This document shows, piece by piece, positions 1 through 9,368 of a stretch of 64,000 nt of DNA. The position numbers and the translations under genes are program-made. Each line of letters opens with the position of its first letter. Position 1 is the first letter of the stretch. The DNA comes from Candidatus Poribacteria bacterium (GTDB lineage: Bacteria; Poribacteria; WGA-4E; WGA-3G): positions 3,648,001-3,712,000 of the forward strand of contig CAXXLX010000001.1 of assembly GCA_963665235.2 (NCBI GenBank), read 5' to 3'. The notes under the pieces were generated by a model that did not search any database, was not told the DNA's origin, and was given only the letters and a program-made list of their open reading frames with translations.

Positions 1-14
1 TCGCGCCTGTTAAA

Positions 15-359
15 ATGGAACTACGTCTCTACTTGGAACCCGCGGAACGTTTGAAACAGATAATAGAAGCACTTGTTCGCGAAACACCGCCCAACTTCAG
101 AAATCCGATTCCGAGAGGAACAGAGCTCACTGAAGCATATATTGACAGTCAAAAAACCGCATATCTAGACTTTTCACGACAGCTCATCGATGGACATATT
201 GGCGGAACGACAGCAGAATTTTTAACCATCACTGCTATTCTTAAAACCATCTTTGATGCATTCCCCGATGAAATTAAACAGGTTCAAATCTTAATTGAGG
301 GGAACGTAGTGGAAACACTCGCCGGGCACCTAAATATTTCACAACCGCTGCGGTTTTGA
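15..359 (+). CDS. GerMN domain-containing protein (probably 5'-truncated by the window edge)
   Basis: IPRGTELTEAY..AYLDFS, GGTTAE..I..I..T and VQILIEG..VETLAGH match the GerMN pattern. Confidence 0.8.
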   Translation: MELRLYLEPAERLKQIIEALVRETPPNFRNPIPRGTELTEAYIDSQKTAYLDFSRQLIDGHIGGTTAEFLTITAILKTIFDAFPDEIKQVQILIEGNVVETLAGHLNISQPLRF

Positions 360-456
360 TGCGGCAATTCCCACCGCTTCCCCGTATCCTTCCCGCTAAC
401 GGAAAGGTTATAGCGGCCGCGGACTGCGCGGAATACGTTCATGGAGAAACAGACGC

Positions 457-1050
457 TTGAAACTTATCGTTGGACTCGGCAACCCCGGTCCCCGCTATGA
501 ACACACCAAACATAACGTAGGTTTTCGCGTGATTGACGCGCTCTATAAAAAAGCGACATCCGGTAAGCACAAGCTGGCCTCCCAGCGCACCGCTTCGGAT
601 AATGTCTTGCTTCGCTGCAAATCGCTCATCGTGCAGACGACATGGCACGACACCCCGGTTATCCTTGCTAAACCGATGACATATATGAATAATAGCGGCA
701 CTGCTGTCTCTGCACTTGTCAACTACTTTGAAGTCCCGCTCACGGACCTCTGTATCGTCTACGATGATGTACATCTGGATATCGGGGTGCTTCGGATACG
801 ACAGAAGGGCAGCGACGGCGGTCAGAAAGGGATGAAGTCTATTATTCATCATTTAGGCACAATGGCGTTTCCCCGTTTACGCATCGGTATTGGCGAACCT
901 GTCGGCGATATCGTCGATTATGTTCTCACCGAATTTTCGGAAACCGAAGAAATTGAGATAGCACAGACTATCGACCGGGCAGCCGATGCCCTCGAAACCC
1001 TCGTCAGCCAGGATATTCTTACCGTTATGAATCGGTTTAACGGACGCTAA
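457..1050 (+). CDS. pth: peptidyl-tRNA hydrolase
   Basis: LIVGLGNPG..Y..TKHNVGF, KPMTYMNNSG, YDD, RLRIGIG, DYVL. Confidence 0.97.
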   Translation: MKLIVGLGNPGPRYEHTKHNVGFRVIDALYKKATSGKHKLASQRTASDNVLLRCKSLIVQTTWHDTPVILAKPMTYMNNSGTAVSALVNYFEVPLTDLCIVYDDVHLDIGVLRIRQKGSDGGQKGMKSIIHHLGTMAFPRLRIGIGEPVGDIVDYVLTEFSETEEIEIAQTIDRAADALETLVSQDILTVMNRFNGR

Positions 1051-1089
1051 ACTCAAAGGATAGTAGACATACCTTAAAGAGATGGAAAT

Positions 1090-2199
1090 ATGGACAAAAA
1101 ATATCGCGTTCAGAACGTGGCGGAAATACCGAGCCCTTCCCTACTTGTCTATCTTGCACAGGTTCAGCAAAATATTGAACGTGCTATTGCTATTGTGGAT
1201 GGGGATGTCTCAAAACTCAGACCTCACGCCAAAACACACAAAACAGCAGAAATCATAAAAATGGTGCAAGATGCAGGTATTCTCAAACACAAGTGTACCA
1301 CGCTGCGGGAAGCAGAAATGCTTGCACAAAACGGTATAGCGGATATTTTAATCGCTTATCAAATGGTAGGACCAAACATCAACCGATTTGTGTCATTACG
1401 GCAGCGGTTTCCACAGGTTGATTTCAAAGTCATCGTTGACCATCCGGCACCGGTGGCAGTACTTTCTGCCGAAATTGCTAAACACGGTTTGAACGTTAAA
1501 GTGATGCTCGATATGGATGTCGGAATGCATCGCACCGGTGTGCCTGTCGGTGCAGCAGCTGTTGATATTTACGCAGATATTGCGCGGGCAGACGGTTTAC
1601 AACCGTGGGGTTTGCATGTTTACGATGGACATATCCATGACGAAGATATTGCCGCGCGCCGCGCTGCTTGCAATCAAAGTCTTGCGCAGGTAGAAGAGAT
1701 GCGGGACATGCTTTCTGCGAAAGGGTTCGATGTGCCTTTGGTTGTGATGGGGGGTACGCCGACATTTCCTATCTATGCTAAAACCCCTGGGGTGGAGACA
1801 TCGCCGGGGGCCTTCATCTTCCACGATTACGGTTACGCTACACGTTACCCCGACCTCGGTTTTACCCCCGCTGCACTGCTACTGAGCCGCGTCATCAGCA
1901 GACCTACCCCGAACCGGATTACCCTTGATTTGGGCCACAAAGCTATCGCTGCTGACCCGGTAGGGGTGCGTGGCACGGTTTTAAGTATTGACAACGCGGC
2001 GGTAGACAAACAACATGAGGAGCATTGGGTGGTTAATATTCCTGAAAGGACACCTATCCAAATCGGACAAGAGGTTTACGTTTGTCCGACACATATCTGT
2101 CCATCGGTTGCGTTGCATCCGTTCTATTATGTGATAGATGCTGATGGGTATTGCAGGGAAACGTGGGAGGTCACTGCACGAAATCGGAGTTTGTCTTGA
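1090..2199 (+). CDS. D-threonine aldolase/DSD1-family PLP-dependent enzyme (alanine racemase fold)
   Basis: LRPHAKTHK PLP lysine, DVGMHRTG, HVYDGH, GGTPT, EEH, PTHICP. Confidence 0.9.
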   Translation: MDKKYRVQNVAEIPSPSLLVYLAQVQQNIERAIAIVDGDVSKLRPHAKTHKTAEIIKMVQDAGILKHKCTTLREAEMLAQNGIADILIAYQMVGPNINRFVSLRQRFPQVDFKVIVDHPAPVAVLSAEIAKHGLNVKVMLDMDVGMHRTGVPVGAAAVDIYADIARADGLQPWGLHVYDGHIHDEDIAARRAACNQSLAQVEEMRDMLSAKGFDVPLVVMGGTPTFPIYAKTPGVETSPGAFIFHDYGYATRYPDLGFTPAALLLSRVISRPTPNRITLDLGHKAIAADPVGVRGTVLSIDNAAVDKQHEEHWVVNIPERTPIQIGQEVYVCPTHICPSVALHPFYYVIDADGYCRETWEVTARNRSLS

Positions 2200-2237
2200 G
2201 GTGGCGAAAATAGGAAAATACTGGATTTGCCGTTGAG

Positions 2238-2740
2238 CTATCCATAAAGTGCATCTGCTAGGTTATTAGGGACACCACAACGCGATGTCTTAATTTCAAA
2301 TGTCCCGCCTCGGAAACGCACTTTAGACCTATTGCTATTAAGCTCTCTAACTTCCGCAGTGCGAATCCCCCTGCTGTGGAACAAGATAGGACAGCATGCA
2401 ATTGTGAAACCTTTGTCCTGCGGCACAAAGGGATTCGCGAAAGTCGCGCCTCCCTTCAATTGTTTGGAGACTTCTGATGCATCAACTGCCCACTCTTGAG
2501 TTCCATTGGCACCACTACATAGGTATTTTGGGAACGCTCGTACAAAAATATAACGTAGTCACAGATTTTTTGCCCTTCCTGCCCACTCGGGAACACCGCG
2601 TCCATATCCACAATAATTAAATCGGGGGGAACGCCGGTCAAATCTACGCGACATCTATCTCGGCTAAGCGATTTACTATTGTTATCAATCAGGTTTTCTT
2701 CGCCTATTCGCGTTCGGATGTAACTAAGTAAAGTGCTCAT
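2238..2740 (-). pseudogene. frameshifted small PD-(D/E)XK-like protein, paralog of 4187..4711
   Basis: 5' part (CDYVIF..PMELKSG) and 3' part (AVDASEVSKQL..CPILFHSRGI..KVRFRG..NLA) both align to the 174-aa paralog; adding one G at about 2489-2491 restores the frame. Confidence 0.8.
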
Positions 2741-2741
2741 G

Positions 2742-4181
2742 TTAGCCGTGAGTATCCCCTGATGCTGCCTTGAGCCGATTCCGAAGGTTTACCGCCCGAT
2801 TGTATAGATGTTCCGCCACGTCTCCATATTCCCTTGGTTCGATGCCTTCAATATGATTGTATTTAATCTCTTCCACTGCTCTATCCCTTTGAAACAACCA
2901 GACTCCAACCTGTTCTTTCTGAAGCGAAATCTGAGGCTCACTAGTTTTTTCTCCTATTTGCTCTAGTTCCCCTTCGCGAATCAGATTTGCGATTTCTTGA
3001 AGCAACCAGTCGCTGTGTGTTGTTGCAACCACTTGCACACCCGCGCGAACTAAGCGAGCAAGGATTACTGCCATCTTCGCCTGCGTATCGGGATGCAGGT
3101 GTGCCTCCGGTTCTTCAATGATAAGCGTATCCCCCGGACAGATTCCACCCCGCAGAAAGAGCACCAACGGCGCAAGTTCGGACACAATTGCCGAAGCATG
3201 GCTTAGCCGAAGCATATCCTCTGTTCTGTGTGGACAGTACAGGAATTCTGGGTATCCACTTGGCGAAGAGCTTGCCACTATTTTCCCATCAAGTAGGTCT
3301 ACCTCCAAAGTATCGGCGATAGCGAGTAGTTCGCTATTAGACACGCCGCTTTCTTTATAAAGTATTAGGTGTTGGAGAAAATCAGCTAGTATCCCTGTCA
3401 ACGTTGCCCCCTTTGCTTTATCTGCTGTAAATGCACGAGTGGCGCGCGCTACAAGTGAACTTGCAATTATCGCATGACTCTGGATAGCACCGCTACGGGA
3501 AGCAGGTAAGTAGTAACACTGCCGAACTTTAATAGGGCGGTAGGAGAATTTAGAACGTTCTATCTCCTCAGGACGAATACACAGATTCTCGCTAATCTGT
3601 TCCGATACGGTGGTATTGCTCCCCGAATTCCGGAGTGCAACCCGCCAAAGCTCCTGATTCGCCTCCCGTACCGCCACGGAAACGGCCATTTCATCCCACG
3701 GGGCTGCGGATGCCCGAAGGAGTTTTGAAACGGAACTGCGGTCGAAACAACGTTTGAGTTCGTTCTCAAAACCTTCACTGTTTCGCAGCCCTGCTCTCAC
3801 CTCGTCGCGAATTCGCTGCGGAAGTTCCGAAAACTTAAGCGGTTGATTACCTATTTCCAGTTTTTTGGGGAATTCCTGAATGTCATCCGTGGGTACACTG
3901 CTATCTCCTGAAAAATCTGTTTCCAATAAGACTTCCGAGAATAATGCGTTCGCTCGATTTAGCAAGGGACAACGTGGAAATCCCTCAAGAATGCCGTGCA
4001 ACGCATAGATAAGCGTAGAGAAATAGGTTTTTCCTGTGTTGCTCGGACCGACAAATACCGTCAAGGGTCGGAGCGCGATTGCAGCTTCCGCAATCGGGCC
4101 AAAATTCTCCACAGCGATTTCGACATTTGGGTGTGGCGGCACCGTTGCTGTTTGCGTCTGTTTCGTTTCGCGTAGTGTCAT
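2742..4181 (-). CDS. ABC-like AAA ATPase (AAA_15/AAA_21, AbiEii/OLD-like), copy 1
   Basis: VENFGPI, Walker A GPSNTGKT, YLPASRSG, Walker B IIEEPEAHLHP, H-loop TTHS; likely start ATG 4181. Confidence 0.9.
   Translation of the reverse strand: MTLRETKQTQTATVPPHPNVEIAVENFGPIAEAAIALRPLTVFVGPSNTGKTYFSTLIYALHGILEGFPRCPLLNRANALFSEVLLETDFSGDSSVPTDDIQEFPKKLEIGNQPLKFSELPQRIRDEVRAGLRNSEGFENELKRCFDRSSVSKLLRASAAPWDEMAVSVAVREANQELWRVALRNSGSNTTVSEQISENLCIRPEEIERSKFSYRPIKVRQCYYLPASRSGAIQSHAIIASSLVARATRAFTADKAKGATLTGILADFLQHLILYKESGVSNSELLAIADTLEVDLLDGKIVASSSPSGYPEFLYCPHRTEDMLRLSHASAIVSELAPLVLFLRGGICPGDTLIIEEPEAHLHPDTQAKMAVILARLVRAGVQVVATTHSDWLLQEIANLIREGELEQIGEKTSEPQISLQKEQVGVWLFQRDRAVEEIKYNHIEGIEPREYGDVAEHLYNRAVNLRNRLKAASGDTHG
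3996..4172. repeat. about 177-bp direct repeat shared with 6014..6190 (5' ends of the two ATPases)
   Basis: near-identical nucleotide sequence with only a few substitutions, while the rest of the two genes is clearly diverged. Confidence 0.9.
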
Positions 4182-4186
4182 TTTTT

Positions 4187-4711
4187 CTATACCGTGTTGT
4201 TGAGCAGAACCCCCGCAAGATTCTTTGCTTGAGCACATTTACTCCGCCTAATCCCTATGTTCCGGCTGCGGAAGCGGACTTTGGCACTTTCAAGTCGATA
4301 GAGTTGAGATTTATCAATACCTCTACCGTGGAAAAGGACAGGAACACATCTAATTTTGAGCGTTTTCAGAACAGCGTCTGACCCTCTAGATAAGCTTCCA
4401 AATATCTCCATGACGAAATCTGCAGCTTTTTGCAGCTGTTCGCGAACATCAGTTGTTTTAAAGGTACCACTTTTAAGCTCAATTAACACAACGACCAAAC
4501 TGTTTTGAATTGTATCCGCGTAGAAGAGAACGTAATCACACCGTTTCGTGTCTATTTTACGTCGTTTAAACTCACATTCAAGGTCCACAATAATCCGTGA
4601 AGGTGGAACGTCCTCTAGATAGACACGACATCCGTCTCCGCTACAAGACGTACTCAAACACTCTTGGTTCACCCGTTCCGCAATTTCGGTAAGTAGCTCT
4701 TCTAATCCCAC
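4187..4711 (-). CDS. small PD-(D/E)XK nuclease-like protein coupled to the ATPase
   Basis: CDYVLF...LIELKSG followed by the helix DVREQL; lies directly downstream of the ATPase. Confidence 0.7.
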   Translation of the reverse strand: MGLEELLTEIAERVNQECLSTSCSGDGCRVYLEDVPPSRIIVDLECEFKRRKIDTKRCDYVLFYADTIQNSLVVVLIELKSGTFKTTDVREQLQKAADFVMEIFGSLSRGSDAVLKTLKIRCVPVLFHGRGIDKSQLYRLESAKVRFRSRNIGIRRSKCAQAKNLAGVLLNNTV

Positions 4712-4717
4712 TCGTTG

Positions 4718-6223
4718 TTATCCTTGGTTAGCTTCCTCAAGTAGGTCTTGGAGGTTAACAGACCGGTCATAGAGTTTATGGGCAATCTCTTCGTAATCCT
4801 TTGGCTCTACACCTTCGGTCCGGTCAAACGGAATTGGTTTGACCGTTCCCTCCTTTTGGAACCACCAAGTTCCCACCTCATCCGATAATAACCAACTTTT
4901 TAATTCATTCGTTTGCTTTGTAGATGTGTCTGTTTTCTTTAGCTCCCCTATCCGGATTAAGTTGCCAATCTCTTTGAGCAGCCAGTCGCTGTGGGTTGTC
5001 ACAACTACACGTACACCCGCTCGAACTAAGTTTGCAAAAGTTAATGCTACCTCAGTTTGCGCGCCGGGGTGTAAGTGTGCCTCCGGTTCCTCAATAATGA
5101 GTGTATCTCCAGGACTAATGACCCCGCGAAGAAATAGCACCAGGGGGGCAAGTTCAGAAATCATTGATGAGGCTTGGTTCAGATGAATATCCTCTTTCAT
5201 TTCCCACGGACGATAAAGAAATCTTGGATATCCGTTCGGTGAAGGCTGCCAGATAATTTCCCCGCCGAGGATATTGGCCTCTAAGGCATTGGCAATAGCA
5301 TTCATTCCGCCACTATGTTTCTTATCTGTAGAGTAGAGTATGATATGTCGCAGGAAGTCTGCCAGGCCTTCAGAAAACGTTGGAACTTCCGGGGAGCGTT
5401 CGAACCCCGTACGGGTAAAATGTGCTACTAGAGAGCTTGCAATTATGCTATAGCTCTGCATGATACCACTTCGCGCAGCAGGCAGATAGTATATATCTCC
5501 TGCTGCGCTGCCGAGTTCATCGATGAGCCCCCATAGTTCTGAAAACCCTAGGATTTTTTCGGGTGCCGGTTCACCTGCGGGCCGAAGAAGCAGCTCCTCA
5601 CTGACCCAGCCATCTAAGGTGATTTCTGATTCGGAAGTCTTCATATTGAAGTGCCAAATGTTTTGATTTGCCGCATGCACCTTCAATGAAACCCCCATTT
5701 CGTGGCGACAATTGCCACTCGACCTTCTCATTTCTCCAACAGAGGCTACATTGAAACAATTCTTAAGTTCGTCCGTGAGTTTTTCTGAATCTGTGAAATT
5801 TGACTGGACTGAGTCGCGCACCCTCTGAGGTAAGTCCGAGAGTTTTAGAGGCTGGTCGTTCATGTTTAATTTTACAAGTAATTCCGCAATTTCCTTTTTC
5901 AACCCAGGAGAAACAGTCAAGGGGGTAGGTTCCACATCTGATACTATCTCAAATTCAAAGAGACGTTCTTGAATGAAGCGGATAGGGAATCCTGAGAAAC
6001 CTTCAAATGCTTTGTGCAACGCATAGATAAGCGTAGAGAAATAGGTTTTTCCTGTGTTGCTCGGACCGACAAATATCGTCAAGGGTCGGAGCGCGATTGC
6101 GGCTTCTGCAATCGGTCCAAAATTCTCGACAGCGATTTCGACATTTGGGTGTGGCGGCACCGTTGCTGTTTGCGTCTGTTTCGTTTCGCGCATCGGAATT
6201 TCTCCTTTGAGAAATTGGGTCAC
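4718..6223 (-). CDS. ABC-like AAA ATPase (AAA_15/AAA_21), copy 2
   Basis: GPSNTGKT, YLPAARSG, IIEEPEAHLHP, TTHSDW; alternative start ATG 6193. Confidence 0.9.
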   Translation of the reverse strand: MTQFLKGEIPMRETKQTQTATVPPHPNVEIAVENFGPIAEAAIALRPLTIFVGPSNTGKTYFSTLIYALHKAFEGFSGFPIRFIQERLFEFEIVSDVEPTPLTVSPGLKKEIAELLVKLNMNDQPLKLSDLPQRVRDSVQSNFTDSEKLTDELKNCFNVASVGEMRRSSGNCRHEMGVSLKVHAANQNIWHFNMKTSESEITLDGWVSEELLLRPAGEPAPEKILGFSELWGLIDELGSAAGDIYYLPAARSGIMQSYSIIASSLVAHFTRTGFERSPEVPTFSEGLADFLRHIILYSTDKKHSGGMNAIANALEANILGGEIIWQPSPNGYPRFLYRPWEMKEDIHLNQASSMISELAPLVLFLRGVISPGDTLIIEEPEAHLHPGAQTEVALTFANLVRAGVRVVVTTHSDWLLKEIGNLIRIGELKKTDTSTKQTNELKSWLLSDEVGTWWFQKEGTVKPIPFDRTEGVEPKDYEEIAHKLYDRSVNLQDLLEEANQG

Positions 6224-6468
6224 TGTAGTTTACCGTCAACCCACAGTTCATATTCATAGTGCCATATCCGGTAAAGAATCCGGACGATGAAGGGCAATCC
6301 ATCAATTTTGAAACGATGCACTAATCCTGTGTCCCAGAATTTGGAAGGTCTTTCGTAGATAAGCTCATCGTAGACATAGATATGGACTTTGCCTGACCAT
6401 GCCCGCCAATGCTCAACACGAACAGTATGAGGATTTTCGGTTTTTACGTACCACTCTTGAGTTCTCAT
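6220..6468 (-). CDS. small hypothetical protein (82 aa, beta-rich, Trp-rich)
   Basis: GGAG RBS; start and stop overlap both neighbours. Confidence 0.75.
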   Translation of the reverse strand: MRTQEWYVKTENPHTVRVEHWRAWSGKVHIYVYDELIYERPSKFWDTGLVHRFKIDGLPFIVRILYRIWHYEYELWVDGKLQ

Positions 6469-7532
6469 TGTTTGCTTTCTCCATGTACTTTTTGGACAGC
6501 GTCAACCAATTTTTCCGTGCCAAACCGCACCACATCTGTTGCTGGCAATCCTGTTTCCGCTTCTGCGGCAGCAATTGCTTCCTGCGCTGCCTTCTCAGTC
6601 AAATCGAAACAATTTAACGCTATCCCGATGACCTTGGCAGGTTTAATCGGTGCAGTTAGCATTTCATAGTGTGCAATCAGCTGCGATAACGGGGGCAACG
6701 GCACTGTATACCGTGCAACCGTGTCCCGCGAGGGTTGATGACAGAATATCATCGCATCCGGCATGCTTCCGTGGAGCAGACTTAGCGTTACACCAGAATA
6801 CCCCGGGTGTACTAACGACCCCTGCCCTTCGACAATCAAAAGGTCGTGATTTTTCGCGCCTTCAAGCACAATCTGCTCCGCTGCGCCTGCGGTGAAATCG
6901 GAGACGACTGCATCAATTGCAATTCCCCACCCCCAGACCATGATGCCGTTCTGTCCTGTGGCGCAAAACTCGGCATTGTGTCCGCGTGCCCGTGCCGCGC
7001 GCGTAACCTCTATACCGGATAACATTTTCCCGACACGGCAATCTGAACCGACCGTCAGGATAACGGTGGCATCCACATCGGCGGCTTTACATGTGGCAAC
7101 TGGCAAATTATCGGGCGGTTTTCGGGCATCCCATAGGACGACACCTTCTGCTTCTGCTAACTTTGCAAGTTCAGGGTCATCACTCAAAAAGTGGTGGAGC
7201 CCGCTCATGACATGCAAACCTGAACCAATTGCTTCTCGGAGGATTGCGCGCCAGGGAGGCGGCAACTCACCACCGGGCGGTGCAATGCCGATAGCCAATA
7301 GTGTCGGTTGAAACCGCATCGCCTCAGCAAGCGTGTGAACAATAGGGATGCCTGCGCCAATTTCAATGACATCACTGACATCTTGCCCCGCTTTTGTGCT
7401 ATCAATGACTGCGACGACGTTGTCGGGCAGATAACGGACTAAAACCGTCGCTGTCTTTGACTCAAGCACACCGAACGAACCTTCGGCAAGAATAACGATT
7501 CTGTGTGATTTAGGGTTTAGTTGTTTTTTCAT
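6465..7532 (-). CDS. DUF1611 family P-loop protein
   Basis: KTA..LVRY, GIAPPGG, SGLH, TVGSDCRVGK, TGQNG, VEGQGSL.HP.YS; likely start ATG 7532. Confidence 0.9.
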   Translation of the reverse strand: MKKQLNPKSHRIVILAEGSFGVLESKTATVLVRYLPDNVVAVIDSTKAGQDVSDVIEIGAGIPIVHTLAEAMRFQPTLLAIGIAPPGGELPPPWRAILREAIGSGLHVMSGLHHFLSDDPELAKLAEAEGVVLWDARKPPDNLPVATCKAADVDATVILTVGSDCRVGKMLSGIEVTRAARARGHNAEFCATGQNGIMVWGWGIAIDAVVSDFTAGAAEQIVLEGAKNHDLLIVEGQGSLVHPGYSGVTLSLLHGSMPDAMIFCHQPSRDTVARYTVPLPPLSQLIAHYEMLTAPIKPAKVIGIALNCFDLTEKAAQEAIAAAEAETGLPATDVVRFGTEKLVDAVQKVHGESKQ

Positions 7533-7617
7533 CTGTTTATACCGTAAACGTGCAATTGCCGGTGTATCGTTAAAATCTACTATAATCAGATTACCACAAA
7601 TCAGAATCATTTTCAAG

Positions 7618-8061
7618 GGGTGTGTAAAGTTTTCGTACACTAGTTTGTAGTAGGGCGATTCATCGCCCGTCGTGTAGGGCTCGTTTCGCTATCCGTCCAG
7701 CGTTTATTACACATTCAGTTATAACGGGTAATTTATCACACGTAATCCTAAAACGTGCTATGGTATTTCCAAAGGTGCCAACGGGCAATAAATGGTTCCC
7801 CTACTACGAACGCTGCTCTGACGCGCAATGCGTTTCCCTTAGGAGCAGACCGCTGGTTCCCAAATACTAAACATCGCTCTGAACACAAAAGCTGCATAAC
7901 CTTGTACAAAAACTGAAATGCACAAAAGCCCCTTCCGCGCCTTCCGTGTTCTCTGCGCTAATCCGCGATTCAGACAACACACGCGAAATCCACGCTTCCA
8001 CCCTTCCCCTCTTCCATCCTTCCATCCTTCCATTTATCATAGTACAAAACCTTGCACACTC
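7618..8061. mobile_element. MITE-like shell, family C (GGGTGTGTAAA..GTAC termini), containing GTAG REP hairpins and CTTCCA octamers
   Basis: left end GGGTGTGTAAAGTTTTCGTAC, right end GTACAAAACCTTGCACACTC; subterminal block shared with 50441..50561 and 63032..63135. Confidence 0.6.
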
Positions 8062-8070
8062 AAAACTCAC

Positions 8071-8958
8071 CTATAGAGGTGGCAGAAATTGGCGGAGATG
8101 TCTGCATCCCAGCGCGAACCCATCTAAGCCCGGCATTCCCCGGTCCTCGTTCTCAACGCAAAGGATATAATCGTACCCAGACTCTACCAATGCCCCGATG
8201 ATAGTTCCCCAATTTAATTGTCCGCGCCCAGGAACTCTGTACTGCCACCACCAATTGCCGATAACTCCTTGGCGGAAAAGCATACGCGGACTGATTTCGC
8301 AATCCTTGACATCCGCATAATACCATTTGCCACTGAACATACGAATTGCGTCTTCAGCAGGTAAAATTCCCATCCATAGCCAATGTGAGGGGTCACAGGA
8401 TAAGCCGAGTGCATCCGAGGGTACAGCATCAAGAATCCGTTCCCACATTTCGGGATTACACGCTATATTCCCCATGCGAACAGCACAATCTAAGGCGAGC
8501 CGCACGCCTTTTTCCTCCGCAAATTTAACGACAGGTGTCCACATCTCCTTAAACCGTTCCACAAGCTCAATGGAGCGGTCCCCGGGGTTGCCGGGTTCGG
8601 AAGAGAATTGCCCATAGAAGTGCCAACTCACCGGGCTGCCCGCGTACGTCACCAGCACCGGAGCACCGAGGCGGTGTGTTGCTTCAATAGCGGACATCAA
8701 GGTGTCGCGAGCGGTTTCACGTTTTTCTATATCATCGTCGAGAAGGTTGCAATGTGCCGTTAGCGCAGCGAGATAGATGTCGTTTGCGGATAAAATCTCC
8801 TTGATTTCTTCTGTGCCAGCCTGTATAATTAGACTCGGTTCAAAAACGCCGGAGGCGTTGGGGCGGATTGCATCAAAATCGTTGACTTTTGCCCACTGTG
8901 CACATTCGGTAAGGCTCCATGCACCACCGCCGACACTGGTACTAAAACTGATGTTCAT
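8071..8958 (-). CDS. sugar phosphate isomerase/epimerase (AP endonuclease 2 TIM barrel)
   Basis: DPSH..W, DVKD, PGRGQLNW..I..L...GYD..L.VENED. Confidence 0.88.
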   Translation of the reverse strand: MNISFSTSVGGGAWSLTECAQWAKVNDFDAIRPNASGVFEPSLIIQAGTEEIKEILSANDIYLAALTAHCNLLDDDIEKRETARDTLMSAIEATHRLGAPVLVTYAGSPVSWHFYGQFSSEPGNPGDRSIELVERFKEMWTPVVKFAEEKGVRLALDCAVRMGNIACNPEMWERILDAVPSDALGLSCDPSHWLWMGILPAEDAIRMFSGKWYYADVKDCEISPRMLFRQGVIGNWWWQYRVPGRGQLNWGTIIGALVESGYDYILCVENEDRGMPGLDGFALGCRHLRQFLPPL

Positions 8959-8992
8959 GATTTTCTCCCTTGGTTTTTTCTGTGTTCAATTT

Positions 8993-9021
8993 AGTCTACA
9001 ATTATGCGAATTCTTTGTCAA
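8993..9021 (-). promoter_or_regulatory. sigma70-like promoter for the epimerase gene
   Basis: TTGACA-17 nt-TAGACT on the minus strand. Confidence 0.55.
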
Positions 9022-9368
9022 GAAAATCTCAATACAAATGGCAATTAGCAAATGGCGATTAGCAATTGGCAAGATGTTGTGATCCTAAGCAGATTTTTGA
9101 CACGCGTCAGAGACTTCTGGTTTCCAACAGTCATAAGTCAAATTCAATTGACACGCGTCAGCGACTTCTGGTCTACAATTATGCAAGTTCTTTGTCAAGA
9201 AAATCTCAATACAAATGGCAATTAGCAAATGGCGATTAGGCAAGATGTTGTGATCCTAAGCAGATTTTTGACACGCGTCAGAGACTTCTGGTTTCCAACA
9301 GCTATAAGCCAAATTCAATCTGACCTACAATTATGCGAATTCTTTGTCAAGAAAATCTCAATACAAAA
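8996..9368. repeat. triplicated 43-bp segment (8996, 9173, 9326) separated by two family-F elements
   Basis: CTACAATTATGC(G/A)A(A/G)TTCTTTGTCAAGAAAATCTCAATACAAA occurs three times. Confidence 0.9.

Noticed and set aside
9229-9332. ORF-track N-terminal extensions (also 7533..7640, 44561..44668, 55853..55945)
   Set aside because: They translate repeat or intergenic DNA; better downstream starts exist
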